A stretch of DNA of 64,000 nucleotides from Mustelus asterias (GCF_964213995.1 NC_135808.1:99510001-99574000), one strand, 5' to 3'. Shown: positions 50,301 to 62,465, numbered from the stretch's first letter. Numbers and translations: made by a program. Notes: generated from the sequence alone by a model not told the origin.

Positions 50301-53300
50301 TAACTCTGGTTCTCTCCCCACACATGCTGCCAGACCTCCATACTTCATGGTTATTGACCTCTTTGCCATGGGAAATGAAAAAAGTTTATTTATTGTCACA
50401 AGTAGGCTTACATTAACACTGCAATGAAGTTACAGTGAAAATCCCCTAGTCGCCACACTCCGGCGCCTGTTCGGATACACTGAGGGAGAATTTAGCATGG
50501 CCAATGTACCTAACCAGCACGTCCTTTGGACTGTGGGAGGAAACCGGAGCACCCGGACGAAACCCATACAGACACAGGGAGAATATGCAGACTCTGCACA
50601 GACAGTGACCCAAGCTGGGAATCGAATCGGGTCCCTGGCGCTGTGAGGCAGCAGTGCTAACCGCAGTGCCACCCCAAGGAAATTAGTCCTTCCTACTCAG
50701 GCTATCTAGGCCCCTCAAAATGTCATACACCTCGAGTAGATCTCCACTCATCCTCTTCTAAAGAAATCAATCCCAGCCTACCCCATCTTTCTTCTTCATT
50801 AAAATTCTCCAGTCCAGGCACCATCCCTGTAAGTCCCCACTCTAACCACTGTGGCAGAAAGCCCTATGCAGTACTCTATAGCCTGATCTGTGTTTTATGC
50901 CTTTCAAACATAACCTTCTTGCACTTCCATTCACTGGCATGGTCAATAAAGGAAAATATTCATTTCGATCATAAAAACCAAAAATGCTGGAAATACTCAG
51001 CAGGTCTGGCAGCATGTGTGGAAAGAGAACCAGAGTTAATACTGAGTCAAATAGTATCCAGTGCATTGACTTATCCTCCGTATCCACCTGCCCTGCAGCA
51101 TTTAGGTATCTGTGGACATGTACCTCCACAAGCATCTTGGTCATGCGTTTTATGTAGTTTACATGGTTTTTAGCAAGGCCTTTGACAAGGTTCCAAAAAG
51201 TAAAAGCCTAATGATCAAGGGAAAATTATAATTTGGATGCAAAATTGTTCGGACACAGAAAGCAAAGGGTGATGGTAGACAGGTGTTTTTGGGTTGAGGA
51301 AGCAGTTTCCAGTGGGGTTTCTCTGGTCTCTATATTAAGTTCTGAATGTTTCATTCAGTTGCCCATCAACTAGTTCAGTGATATTTTCTTACACTCTTAA
51401 GGCTTTTTCCTCACTATCAGCCAACTTTTATATCATTGCAAACTTCTTAATCACACCCTCCTATATTCAAGTTCAAATCAGTGATATACATCACAAAAGA
51501 GAAGGAATTTAGTAGAGACCAGAAGAATCACAATGGAAACAGCTTTCCAGTCACAAAAACGCCTGTCCATCATCACCCTTTGCTTTCTGCATCTTGAGCC
51601 AGTTTTGCATCCAAATTGTTACTTTCTTTGATCACAGGGTTTTCACTTTTCTGGCCACTCTGCCATGTGGGACCTTGTCAAAGGCTTTGCTAAAAGCCAT
51701 GTAGACGACATCAGACACACTACTTTCATCAATCCTCCTTGTTACCTCCTTAAATTTAATCTTGTATCTGCCCAAAGGTTCACACCTCTCGTCAGAAAAA
51801 AAGCATTTCAAATCACCAGAGATCACCACTTATATGTTTCTTTAGCTGTTACATTGGTGTAAACCAATATTGGACCGCAGTCTACTCAAGAAATAAACAA
51901 TTTGGCATTGGAAAGTTAAAATATTATGCAACTTACTTGTGAGAATCAATTTTGCCATTCTTTCTGGATTGGCTAAAAGAGTCTTGCTGTTTAATTTTAG
52001 GATTAATGACAATAGGCATCAATTGCAAAGTAGCAACTTGGTTGTTCATCTTGCCTCTGGTCAGTTTAAGAGGAGAGATGGTAGTAATTCCAGTGGTCTT
52101 ATTTTGCATCTTCTTACAGGGCGAAAGAGCATCATCTGAAATACCATTAAAGTCTTCGTTGTGTTTTATGGCTCTAGGTTCCACCACCTGATCATCATCG
52201 TCGTCGTCGTCGTCAAAGAGTTCGGACAAAACATTTCTCAGCTTACTTTCAGAGGTTTTGCTGAAATCTGCAATTTAGAAAATAAATTTTAGATTTGAGT
52301 TAGGAACACAAATGACCTCACCACACCAGGAAAACAAAGGGCGGGATTTTACAGTCTTCCTCCTCCGGAAACTGTAAAATCCCACCCAAGGTCAATGGAC
52401 TGTCCCACGGTCTGCCCCTCGCCGGCGGTGGGCGGGACAGTAAAATTCCAGCCAAATGTTTTCTGCGGCACTGTCATTTGAAAGCTCCAATTAAAGCATA
52501 AAATGATTCTATACTGAAGAAGGGAAAGGGTTAATGTTTTTTTTGTACTCAATGTATTTTGTGCCTAAAAGGTTGAACTTTGTATCTGGAATGTATCATA
52601 AACATATCGTTTACTTGTGGCTAGTCATCCCTTTTTTATATTGCTCCTGGTAGTAGCATAAGCCATTTGTTCATGTCTTTCATCTTTTACTTTAGTATAA
52701 GCCATTTGTTCATGGTTCCCTCGCTTGTTTATATCATTCTGATAAAACAGACAGTTGAATATAGATTTTAGTCTTTCTTTCTCGTGGGCTTGTCTATGAT
52801 TTAAACAGAGGAAGCAGCGACCAAATGGTAGAGTGCGAGAATGGCCGTTTGAAGGAGGACTCCCACTGGGACAGTGGCACTCAGTCACTCAAAGGAAACG
52901 CTGCGGGAAGAGCAGGGGACCAGAGGTGACACCTTGACTGCAACGACCAGAAGAATTGTGCTTTATGACCCAAGGATACCAGATGGTCTCTAACCATGAT
53001 CCAAAGACTATCAGAAGCTGTTAAAGGAACTATAATTTACGATCAAGGACTGTTAACTGGACTTTGCTTCATGACTTGTATTGGGAACCCTGATGTATAA
53101 ATATCCATGCTCCTTGTGTTCAGTGAGAACTTTGGCTTCCGCTTTCAAGGGGTCAAGTTCTCCCATAAGCTTGTGAGAATAAAGCCTGACTGTATTTTTG
53201 ACTCATACCAGCCTATAGTGGTATATTTTCTGACTTCATATACCAAGAACCTGAAGGACACAATTTGCTCAGATAACCTGCCCCAACAGATTAGCAGCCT

Positions 53301-56300
53301 TCGCAGAGAACTCAAAAATTTAGGAGGATATTTAACACCTTTTTCGTGCAACTCTCCACAAAGGATTCCAAAACGTCCCTGCAGTGATTACACACAGATA
53401 GCTAAGAAAGCCTATCAGTTCCCCCATATTCCTGTTCTATCCAAGCTGTGTTAGGCTGCTTTACAGGATCAATATAAAAGTTACATGCGATAAGACCTTA
53501 AGACATAAGAGCAGAAATAAACCATTTAGCCCATCGAGTCTGCTCCACCATTCAATGAGATCATGACTGATCTGATATAATCCTCAGCTCCACTCCCCCA
53601 CCTTATTCCCATAACCCTTGATTCCCTGACGGATTAAACACCTGTCTATCTCAGCCTTGAACATATTGAACCTAATCTCTACAGCTCTCCGAGGGTAGCG
53701 AATCTATGGAATTCTTTACCACAGAGGGAAGAAATTCCTCCTCATCTCTTTCTTAAAAGGGTGACCCCTTACTCTGAGATTATGCCACCTGATCCTACAC
53801 TCCCACAAGGGGAAACAAGCTCTCAGCATCTATCCTGTCAAGCCCCCTCAGAATCCTATTCGCCTCAATAAGGTGTCCTTTCATCCTTCTAAACTCCAAC
53901 GAGAACAGGCCCAAGTTATTGGACCTCTCCTCATCAGAAAATTCCGCAATATCCAGAATCACCTTAATGAACCTTCTCTGGACTGCCTCCAATGCCAGTA
54001 TACCTTTCCTTAGATAAGGAGACCAAAACTGTTCACAGTATTCCAGGTGCAGTCTAACTAGTGCCTTGTATAGTCTTAGCAAGACTTACTTACCTTTCAT
54101 CTATCAAAGATAACAGCCAACACCATAATACCTTTAAAAATGAAGTCCCATCTGTCCTAATCACTATGGCTGCCCTCAGCCTCTACCTATTTTGGGGTGG
54201 AAAATCACTACCCCCTCCAAAGTAATTATCAGAGACCTGCTGGCTTAGGTCTCCATTCTATTTCTCTACATTTTCCCCAGGTAGTAGGTGTTCCCTTGGC
54301 ACAAAGGAAGCGAAAAATCAGACCCACACTCTTACTTACCACAAAGCGGAAGCTTCCGCCGAACTTTGGATTTGCCGCTACCCCCGTTCGAGATTTGCGT
54401 ACTCCTCTTACCATTGGAGTTTTTTTGACCAGAATAGGTAGATTCCCCTTCAGCAATCATCTTGACAATGTCATTTTTACACTTGTGGTTGGTAACATTT
54501 CTGCCTAATGTCCCATCTCCATTGCGAAACTCTGATTTGCAGCAGTTCCCAACAACAATATTCTGCTTTGGAAAATAATTCACATCAGACACCCGTACAT
54601 GTACGGGTAAGGAATCCAACTCTTTATGATGATCATCATCATTGGTTTTCTTGTCAGAGAATGCATTTCTAGGCAAGATATTAAACTTTTTTCCATCCCA
54701 GTTTAATTTAACAAACATATCATCAGGTTCAACAGGAGGAAATGGTTCCTTGGGACCAATGTGGAGCACCTGAAATAAGAAGTTTAGATCTTACCAAAGT
54801 TGTTCAGAATGAATGTAAAAACAATGTTTTCTTTGCTGTTTACCAAAATTTAGCATCAACTAATAACTGCAGCAACATCAAGCTAAGTTTATTTTAAAGT
54901 TTATTTATTAGTCACAAGTAAGACTTACATTAACACTGCAATGAAATTACTGTGAAATTCCCCTAGTCACCGCACTTCGGTGCTTGTTCGGGTCAATGCA
55001 CCCGACCAGCGCATCTTTCAGACAGTGGGAGGAAACTGGAGCACCCGGAGGAAAGCCACGCAGACGCGGGAAGAATGTGTAAGCTCCACACAGACAGTGA
55101 CCCAAGCCGGGAATCGAACCTGGGTCCCTGGCACTGTGAGGCAGCAGTGCTAACCACTGTGTCTTTAGTCTTAGCAAAGAAAGTTAGACATTATAGGCTG
55201 GTATCGACACCAGGTTTTCCATTCAGCTTTAAAATCTGGATTCATCATTTCAAAGCTCAGTGCCAGAAAAATAAAATGGGATGAAGGATGCTCTGCTGAA
55301 TGGTGAGGCTTTTGGCCACCACTTCTTACTTCCAAAGAGCCTGCAATCTGCAGCCAGTGATGCTTCACTGGATATTGGCTGATGCTGGTTTTGCAGGACC
55401 CTGATTTGAATAAATTATTTTACATTTGAAATGTTTCAGATTCATATTCCTACAGCCAGTGCACGTATTTTATGCAATATGGCAGATACTAATGTGATGT
55501 GAGCATACCTCCATCAGGATGTGAGTATCCAGCGTTTTCGATAAGGCACTTCAATGCAGAGATGCCTATTGCACCATATTCACCCTTTCCAGAACACTGA
55601 AAATATAAACTCATAGCTTCCAAAAAAAAGCCAATGATAATATCGCAAGTCAATGCGAGTTACTAATCTAATATCTCGAATTTAAAATTGAATGGGGGCT
55701 CCGAAGAGATTAGACCAAGAATGGGCCACTTTCCACTTTACCAACCATGTAGGTGAACAGAATAAGTTAATTTCCCATTTACATAGGACTGCGTCAAGTC
55801 ATTCAAAAACAAAAAACACTGTCATACCACTACAGAATAAATCTGATTTTCAAATCATTGCACAGATTATAACATAGCTTTTACAATAAAACATTTGGAG
55901 GGGAAAGAATCATTTAAGTGGTGGTCCACGTGAAACTAAATGACAAGACCTTGTAATCTGTGGGATGTTGCTGGATTGTCAAGATCATAGAAACCCTACA
56001 GTACAGAAGGAGGCCATTCGGCCCATCGCGTCTGCACCGACCACAATCCCACCCAGGCCCTACCCCATATCCCCACATATTTACCCGCTAATCCCTCTAA
56101 TCTACGCATCCCAGGACACTAAGGGGCAATTTTAGCATGGCCAATCAACCTAACCCGCACATCTTTGGACTGTGGGAGGAAATCGGAGCACCCGGAGGAA
56201 ACTCACGCAGACACAAGGAGAATGTGCAAACTCAATACAGACAGTGACCCAAGCCGGGAATCAAACCCAGGTCCCTGGAGCTGTGAAGCAGCAGTGCTAA

Positions 56301-59300
56301 CCACTGTGCTACTGTGCCGCCCAACTAGTTCACTGGTCTCCTAAAGGAAGGGACCTGCTATCCCAATTTTCTCAGTCCAGTAATATAAGGTGATTTTAAT
56401 GCTTTCAGGACATCTAGAAATGGCTAATAAATGCCTCCCAAGAGAAAATAAATCCTTTTGATCTAAACCATGTCTTTATAAAACCCAACAGAAAGCACAG
56501 CAGGTGCCAAAGCGCAGCCTATCTCCTCACATTACAACTAATCTAAAGATTGTACCACTCTATAAAGTAATTGCTGGGTAGAATATGTGCTAATTCTGTA
56601 CTTCACAGTTTCAATTCTGCAGTAAGCAGACATTAACAGCACTCACATAACTAGAAAATATTAACCAAGCTACAGCAAAATGCAAGACATAGTAGAAACA
56701 GTTAATCAAACATAACCAAATTCCCTTTCATCTAGTAGCAGTGGAAATAATGGCTAAAATGATCAGGGTAACCTTTGGGCTATCTTTATTTGAATACCAC
56801 TTATTGTGTTAAACTGCTCCATGTCATATACCGTACTGACAGTCCATGAAGACACTTGCAAAACAAAATTGTTCGAAGTAATTATTCCAGCTTCAATTAC
56901 TAAAGACTACTCGTTCACTTCGGCTGCCTTACAAAACTTAGATCTAATTCCATCATAAAACACATAGTTAATGTTGAGCACAAAAATCAGGCAGAAGTAA
57001 TACAGAGGTTGCAAGATTGCATACAGCAAGGTCAGTAGCAATGGGATAAATTGCCTTGATTCAGTGCTGTGGCTAAAGCTTTGTAGGTGAGACCATGAAA
57101 AAACACCTCATCCCCAAAGCCCAGCACCTCTGACAATGCAGCACGACACTAAAATGTCAGCCTTGTCTAGTTTATGCGCTCAAGTACTACCTTCACAGCC
57201 TTAATGAGGCTTTCCGCACTGATATGATCATCACAGTCAGGGACGTCATACAAGAAAATCTCCTTAGGGTGTGTTTCCCTTCCCAATAGCTTCTGCTTTG
57301 TTTTGGGTATTTCCTCAATACGAGCAAACCACTGGACCACCGCATTCTTGGTGGGACGTTGTTGGCTACCTGGTGAGGAAAATAAACCCACATCAATTAA
57401 GAGAAATATGAAGTTTGAAATGTTTCAAACCGTACATAAAAAATAATGGAGGGATCAGAGTGTGCAGAAGTTTCAACTTTAATGATCTTCAAGACAACAC
57501 TGCCATAAAGCTGAATTCCTATTTTGTAAAGCCATTTGTTATTTCCTAGTAGAGCCAATAGATATTTGAAATAAGTATTACATACATTCCTGATACTGCT
57601 GCATAATTTTCAGTTGTCCGCAGTAAAGTTCTTGGAGTTTGGGTTTAGACTTCCCAAATACACCAAATATTTGTGGGCAAGCTATTAACCTAATTTTGGC
57701 TCAACTAATAGTTTGTGTAAATCATTATTAGTTCATTTAAATGTGAGGCTATTTTTGGTCCATAAACATTCAAAGCAGAAGCATACATGAGCTCACATAT
57801 GAAACTTGCCCTTACCATCCTCGAACAACTTCAGCAGTCTAGCGATGTACGGTCGATCCTCATCTTCACTTTTGACTAAAACAAAATCTCCAATGTTGAT
57901 GCAGTGTTTGATAGAAGTGCCTTCATATTCTATCCGAATACCTCTAAAGAAGCAAAAATATACAGTGACTTTACAAATTTGTATCTGCAAAACACCTTAT
58001 GTCCCTTCTCAACAACCAACATGCAGAAATTGTGCAAGAAATGCATTTGCAGCATACATAAAGATAGGAACATAAGAGCAGGAATAGGCCATTTGGCCCT
58101 TCATGTCTGCTCTTGCAATAAGATCATGGCTGATCTGACTGTGATCTCTGTTCATGCAATGATAGAACTCCTACAGTGCAGAAGGAGGCTGTTCGATCCA
58201 TTGAGTCTGCACCAACTCTCCGAAAGGACAGTTATAAAGGTTCAACTTTTGTGCTCGAGCTTTGGGAGAATTAGTTCAGGGGTAAATTGTTTATTGTTCA
58301 ATCTCCCTGAAAAATCTGTAAAAGAGATTATGTTCAAAATGCTAATATTCCAGGACCACAACCCTTGACATCGGCTTACTACTAAAGGGTATATATAGCT
58401 GACTATTTCTGGATGAGAAGTAAATTTTAGTGTAAACTCACATAATAACTTTGGACACTAAAATGGAGTGTTAATTTTGGCAAGTGGTTAGCACTGCTGC
58501 CTTATTTATAGTGCCAGGGACCCGGGTTCGATTCCCAGCTTGGGTCACTGTCTGTGCGGAATCTGTGCGTTCACCCCGTATATGTGGGTTTCCTCCGGGT
58601 GCGGACCACAGAATCCCTACAGTACAGAACAAGGCCACTCGGCCCATCAAGCCTGCACCGTCGTCAATCCCATTCTGACCCTATCCTCGTAACCCCACGT
58701 ATTTACCCTGCAAATCCCCCAGACACTAAGGGGCGATTTAGCATGGCCAATCCACCTAACCTGCATATCTTTGGACACATCTCTGGTACTCCAGTTTCCT
58801 CCCACAGTCTGAATGATGTGCTGGTCAGGTGCATTAGCCATGCTAAATTCTCCGTCAGTGTAACCTGAACAGGCGCCGGAGTGTGGCGACTAGGGGATTT
58901 TCACAGTAACTTCACTGCAGTGTGAATGTAAGCCTACTTATGACACTAATAAAATAAACTTAAACTTCACTCGCCTCTTCTGGTTTCCCCTGAAAGTCAA
59001 TCACAGAAAACTGGATCTTTCACAGGATGACACTGCTAAGGGTATTTATTTTGTTTGTAAATTGTATCACCTATTTCCTGAATTTCACAGTAATTTCATT
59101 GCAGTGTAATGTAAGCCTTACTTGTGACTAATAAATAAACTAACTTTTCCTTCCTAAAGTATTTTAAAAGACGATTGCTCTCTCAGAGCTACAAAGCCAA
59201 TGCGCAGAGTGGGCAGTGAGCCCTTAATCCATCTCCTTGCCTGCTGCAAAAAATAAAAAAAAATCAAATTGAATCCAATTCATGGGCCCCACAACAGACA

Positions 59301-62145
59301 TACTGGATCCAGGCTGACAAGAACAAGAACTACCCGATCTCACACTTGGTCCTACACTTGAACAAACAAATTTATCCACCAAAACTACTGAAGATAAGAC
59401 AACAGAATACCTCTACACCCCCGTAGTCAATTCAGCCCAGTGTGTGTTATAATCAAGCACTTTTCAATTTGGAATTGCTGGATTTATATCAGACTGGGAA
59501 TACTGGCTCTTTTCTTTCTCACCCTCCCAATTGCAGAGTGCTGATGTTAAATGCAGTGTGCATATTGCACTTACTAATGTGACTAAACACAGGTTTTGTC
59601 CCAGTAGAATTGCTCCTAATTCAAAGAAGAATATAAGAACATAAGAAATAGGAGCAGGAGTAGGCCATCTAGCCCCTCGAACCTGCCCCGCCATTCAATA
59701 AGATCATGGCTGATCTGATAGTGGTTTAGTTCCACTTACCCGCCTGATCCCTATAACCCCTAATTCCCTTATTGATCAGAAATCTATCTACCTGTGACTT
59801 AAACATATTTAACGAGATAGCCTCCACTGCTTCAATGGGCAGAGAATTCCAGAGATTCACTACCCTCTGAGAGAAGAAGTTCCTCCTCAACTCTGTTCTA
59901 AACTGACTCTCCCTTATTTTGAGGCTGTGTCCTCCAGTTCTTGTTTCCTTTCTAAGTGGAAAGAATCTCTCTGCCTCTACCGTTAACTTGATAACAATCT
60001 ACTGTCCTAACTCACCTGAAAAATAAACACTTCATGAGGGCAACAATAGAGAGCGTCTCAAACAGAAAAAAGAGCATTTACTGCATATTTTAAACACATA
60101 TTCTGAACACAGAGGCACAAACAATCAAGCATAAAATTAGCTCAGGTAGCATCAAGAGGACATTCCAGATCAGGGAAAAGAGTGAAATAATCCACACTGA
60201 GAGAATGGACAGTGTGGACAGCAAGAAAATAGGCCCATCTTTCCCCAACCACCAAGATATCGTCAGATCTATACCCAGACCAATAACACCAACTTACGAC
60301 TGCAGTTAAGATAGAGGAAGGCTAATACAGGAAGATCCATAGAATCCCTACAGTGCAGGAAGAAGCCATTCAGCCTATTGAGTCTGCACCGACTCTACAA
60401 AAGAGCATCCCCCCAGCATCCTCGTCTGCCTCATCCCCGCGCATTTACCATGGCTAATCCACCTAACCTACACAGCTTTGGACTGTGTGAGGAAACAAGA
60501 GCACCCGGAGGAAACCCACACAGACACGGGGAGAACGTGCAAACTCCACACAGACAATCACCCAAGGCCAGAATCGAACCAGGGTCCCTGGCAGTGTGCG
60601 ACAACAGTGCCAAGTTGCCAATAAACATGCAAAATGAACATATTACTTGCAAATTAATGTCAATACAAAAGTGTGACGGAGCACATATTGGTAGGAAGAG
60701 CAAGGAGATAGAATACATCTTGGAAAATAAGTATCTAAATGGTGTAGAGGACAGAGGGATCAGAGTGTTACAGATAGACAAAGTAGCAACACAGGTTAAC
60801 AAGGTTATATAAACATAAAACACTTCAGTTCATTTCGACAGGGATGGAATTGAAAGGCTGGGTATTGTGAACTCCAACCTGTGCATAGAAGCACTGCTGA
60901 AGTCAAAGATTTGGAAGGTGCTGGGTGACTTGCTGCAGTGCATCTTGGAAATGGAACCCATTGTTGCCGCTGTACGTTGGTGATGGAGAAAGTGAATGTT
61001 TACAGATGGGGGTGACAATCATAGGGACTGCTTTGTCATGATGTCAATCTTCTTCAGTGTTGTTCATCCTACCAAGAGGTGAGTATTCTATTACACTCCT
61101 GACTTGTGCCCTGTAGATGGACAGGCTTTGGGAAGTCAGGAGGTGAGTTACTCACTACAGGACTCCTTGCCTCTGACCTGCTCTTATAGCAAGAGTTTTA
61201 ACAACACCAGGTTAAAGTCCAACAGGTTATTTGGTAGCAAATGCCATTAGCTTTCGGAGCGCTGCTCCTTCGTCAGATGGAGTGGAAGTGTGCTCTCAAA
61301 CAGGGCACAGAGACACAAAATTAAGTTACAGAATACTGATTTGAATGTGAATCTCTACAGCCAACCAGGTCTTAAAGATACAGACAATGTGAGTGGAGGG
61401 AGCATTAAGCACAGGTTAAAGAGATGTGTATTGTCACCAGACAGGACCGCCAGTGAGATTCTGCAAGTCCAGGAGGCAAGCTGTGGGGGTTACTGATAGT
61501 GTGACATAAACCCAACATCCCGGTTTAGCCCGTCCTCATGTGTGCGGAACTTGGCTATCAGTTTCTGCTCAGCGACTCTGCGCTGTCATGTGACGTGAAG
61601 GCCGCCTTGGAGAACACTTACCCGAAGATCAGAGGCTGAATGCCCGTGACCGCTGAAGTGCTCCTCCACAGGAAGAGAACAGTCTTATGCATTAGTATAC
61701 AGTGAAAAGTATAATTTCTTGCGAGCTATACAGACAAAACATACCGTTCATAGAGAAGGAAACAAGAGAGTGCAGAATGTAGTGTTAGTCATAGCTAGGG
61801 TGCAGAGAAAGATCAACTTAATGCCAGGTCGGTCCATTCAAAACTCTGACAGCAGCAGGGAAGAAGCTGTTCTCGAGTCGGTTGGTGTTTGACCTCAGAC
61901 AAGGGAGTGAAAGGTGGACCTGAATAATTAAATACAGTTTAGGGCTGGGTTCGGGTAACTGGAGGCGGTCACATTCCCGATCCCAGTCTCTCTGGTACAG
62001 ATATCACACATTAACCTGGATGAGGTTCAGTGGTCACTCACTCATAGCTGGTCTGCCGCAGTCTGCGATTCACATCCACAACATCGCCAGCCCAGCTGTA
62101 AATGTGTCTCTGCCGCTCCTTCAACCTGGTCAGATAGCTGCTCAT
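32156..62145 (-). CDS. ORC1: Origin recognition complex subunit 1, complete, 16 coding exons, about 895 aa
   Basis: The exons sum to 2688 nt in frame. BAH domain (PYIARLL, VQWFAR), disordered linker, AAA+ domain (GVPGTGKT Walker A, LLVDE Walker [24 protein letters not shown]) and winged-helix C-terminus ([13 protein letters not shown]). Confidence 0.97.
33408..33495 (-). CDS. ORC1: ORC1 coding exon 15
   Basis: [29 protein letters not shown]. Confidence 0.95.
33655..33788 (+). mobile_element. Short CR1 3' terminal fragment
   Basis: ttggatagacacatgg..gggccgaagggcctgttctgtgctgtactgttctatgttct. Confidence 0.8.
34320..36230 (+). mobile_element. Degenerate 5' half of a CR1 LINE (ORF1 zinc finger/esterase plus APE endonuclease remnants)
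   Basis: [52 protein letters not shown]; many disruptions. Confidence 0.75.
36889..37058 (-). CDS. ORC1: ORC1 coding exon 14
   Basis: [32 protein letters not shown]. Confidence 0.96.
37152..37436 (+). mobile_element. HE1-like V-SINE (tail B)
   Basis: V-SINE head with ttttcacagtaacttcattgc tail. Confidence 0.82.
37548..37667 (-). CDS. ORC1: ORC1 coding exon 13
   Basis: [32 protein letters not shown]. Confidence 0.95.
37925..38074 (-). CDS. ORC1: ORC1 coding exon 12
   Basis: [39 protein letters not shown]. Confidence 0.96.
38140..38610 (+). mobile_element. Degenerate RTE-like LINE 3' fragment
   Basis: Remnant peptides [17 protein letters not shown] and a terminal CxxICGS motif. Confidence 0.45.
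38958..39065 (-). CDS. ORC1: ORC1 coding exon 11 (Walker B)
   Basis: [24 protein letters not shown]. Confidence 0.95.
39614..39956 (+). mobile_element. HE1-like V-SINE, full length (tail A)
   Basis: Nearly identical to 24338-24690. Confidence 0.92.
40984..41798 (+). mobile_element. Non-autonomous pogo/Tigger (Tc1/mariner superfamily) DNA transposon
   Basis: TA on both sides; imperfect TIRs CAGTGGAACCCCGATTTTACGC / reverse complement CAGTGCGGCCCCGTTATAATGC; subterminal repeat accccgatttagcgcga twice; transposase C-terminal ORF ending [10 protein letters not shown]. Confidence 0.82.
41857..42028 (-). CDS. ORC1: ORC1 coding exon 10 (Walker A)
   Basis: [31 protein letters not shown]. Confidence 0.96.
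42405..43410 (-). mobile_element. Degenerate L2/Crack-like LINE fragment
   Basis: [17 protein letters not shown]; [22 protein letters not shown]. Confidence 0.75.
43990..44091 (-). CDS. ORC1: ORC1 coding exon 9
   Basis: [27 protein letters not shown]. Confidence 0.95.
44312..44655 (-). mobile_element. tRNA-SINE, second family
   Basis: gggttcgaatccc B box; tail shared with the LINE at 42405. Confidence 0.72.
45036..45151 (-). CDS. ORC1: ORC1 coding exon 8
   Basis: [21 protein letters not shown]. Confidence 0.92.
45792..45981 (-). CDS. ORC1: ORC1 coding exon 7
   Basis: Acidic [18 protein letters not shown]; donor gtatgt. Confidence 0.85.
46896..47003 (-). CDS. ORC1: ORC1 coding exon 6
   Basis: [11 protein letters not shown]; phase 2/2; donor gtaagg. 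Confidence 0.85.
48812..49158 (-). mobile_element. HE1-like V-SINE, full length (tail A)
   Basis: Intact head, core and tail. Confidence 0.92.
49568..49890 (+). mobile_element. tRNA-SINE, second family
   Basis: Homologous to 27643-28290. Confidence 0.72.
50383..50674 (-). mobile_element. HE1-like V-SINE (tail B)
   Basis: V-SINE core and type B tail. Confidence 0.87.
51170..51740. mobile_element. Fragmented CR1 RT pieces in opposite orientations
   Basis: [18 protein letters not shown] on the minus strand; matching plus-strand piece at 51170-51330. Confidence 0.65.
51937..52267 (-). CDS. ORC1: ORC1 coding exon 5 (linker)
   Basis: Open phase 1 to 2 exon with poly-D run; acceptor ttgcag, donor gtaagt. 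Confidence 0.82.
52338..52453. mobile_element. Short MITE-like element
   Basis: gggcgggattttac ... gtaaaattccagcc terminal inverted repeats. Confidence 0.55.
52580..53337 (+). mobile_element. Possible solo LTR
   Basis: TATA-like tataaat at about 53096, AATAAA at about 53178, ends ttaaCA, internal direct repeat; no clear target-site duplication. Confidence 0.35.
53490..54095 (-). mobile_element. CR1 3' fragment
   Basis: [27 protein letters not shown]. Confidence 0.85.
54340..54769 (-). CDS. ORC1: ORC1 coding exon 4 (end of BAH, start of linker)
   Basis: [32 protein letters not shown]; donor gtaagt. Confidence 0.9.
54895..55161 (-). mobile_element. HE1-like V-SINE (tail B)
   Basis: V-SINE core. 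Confidence 0.85.
55984..56322 (-). mobile_element. HE1-like V-SINE, full length (tail A)
   Basis: Intact head, core and tail. Confidence 0.9.
57191..57369 (-). CDS. ORC1: ORC1 coding exon 3 (BAH)
   Basis: [33 protein letters not shown]. Confidence 0.93.
57816..57943 (-). CDS. ORC1: ORC1 coding exon 2 (BAH)
   Basis: [28 protein letters not shown]; donor gtaagg. Confidence 0.93.
58484..58967 (+). mobile_element. Type-B V-SINE containing an inverted type-A 3' fragment (about 58607-58776)
   Basis: Host core breaks at ctccgggtgc and resumes at ctctggtactccag. Confidence 0.8.
59630..59985 (-). mobile_element. CR1 3' end fragment
   Basis: ataagaacataagaaataggagcagg tail. Confidence 0.8.
60339..60612 (-). 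mobile_element. HE1-like V-SINE (tail A)
   Basis: V-SINE core. Confidence 0.82.
61190..61685 (-). mobile_element. Penelope-like 3' fragment
   Basis: Closely similar to the arms at 25397-26297. Confidence 0.8.
61244..61280 (-). ncRNA. Minimal hammerhead ribozyme motif, third copy
   Basis: Same motif within the Penelope fragment at 61190-61685. Confidence 0.7.
61690..61900 (-). mobile_element. Rex1/Babar-like 3' fragment
   Basis: Homologous to 21920-22105. Confidence 0.72.
62042..62145 (-). CDS. ORC1: ORC1 coding exon 1
   Basis: [20 protein letters not shown]; donor gtgagt, phase 2. Confidence 0.9.
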
Positions 62146-62262
62146 TTCAGGGGGGATTCGGCAAACTCCAGAGAATAAAACATAAAAAATAAAATCCACC
62201 CGCTGAGGAGAAGCGGGATGATTCCCACCGGGATAAAACTTAACGTGAAACAAGAATTAAAA

Positions 62263-62360
62263 TCCGCTCCGCTCCGCCCGACTCCCCGCTGTCCGCTCCG
62301 CTCCGCCCGACTCCCCGCTGTCCGCTCCGCTCCGCCCGACTCCCCGCTGTCCGCTCCGCT
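62263..62360. repeat. 29-bp tandem repeat, about 3.3 copies
   Basis: Unit ccgctccgctccgcccgactccccgctgt. Confidence 0.9.
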
Positions 62361-62381
62361 CTCCTCAGCCGCAATGTGAGA

Positions 62382-62392
62382 TTTTCGCGCCA
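62382..62392. promoter_or_regulatory. E2F-binding site TTTTCGCGCCA
   Basis: Matches TTTSSCGC about 240 bp upstream of the ORC1 ATG; ORC1 is a known E2F target. Confidence 0.7.
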
Positions 62393-62465
62393 TTCGGTCA
62401 GCTGAGACATCACAATGCATTCTGGGTACATTTAAATTAATCACAAAATACCAGAGGGTCCTCCA

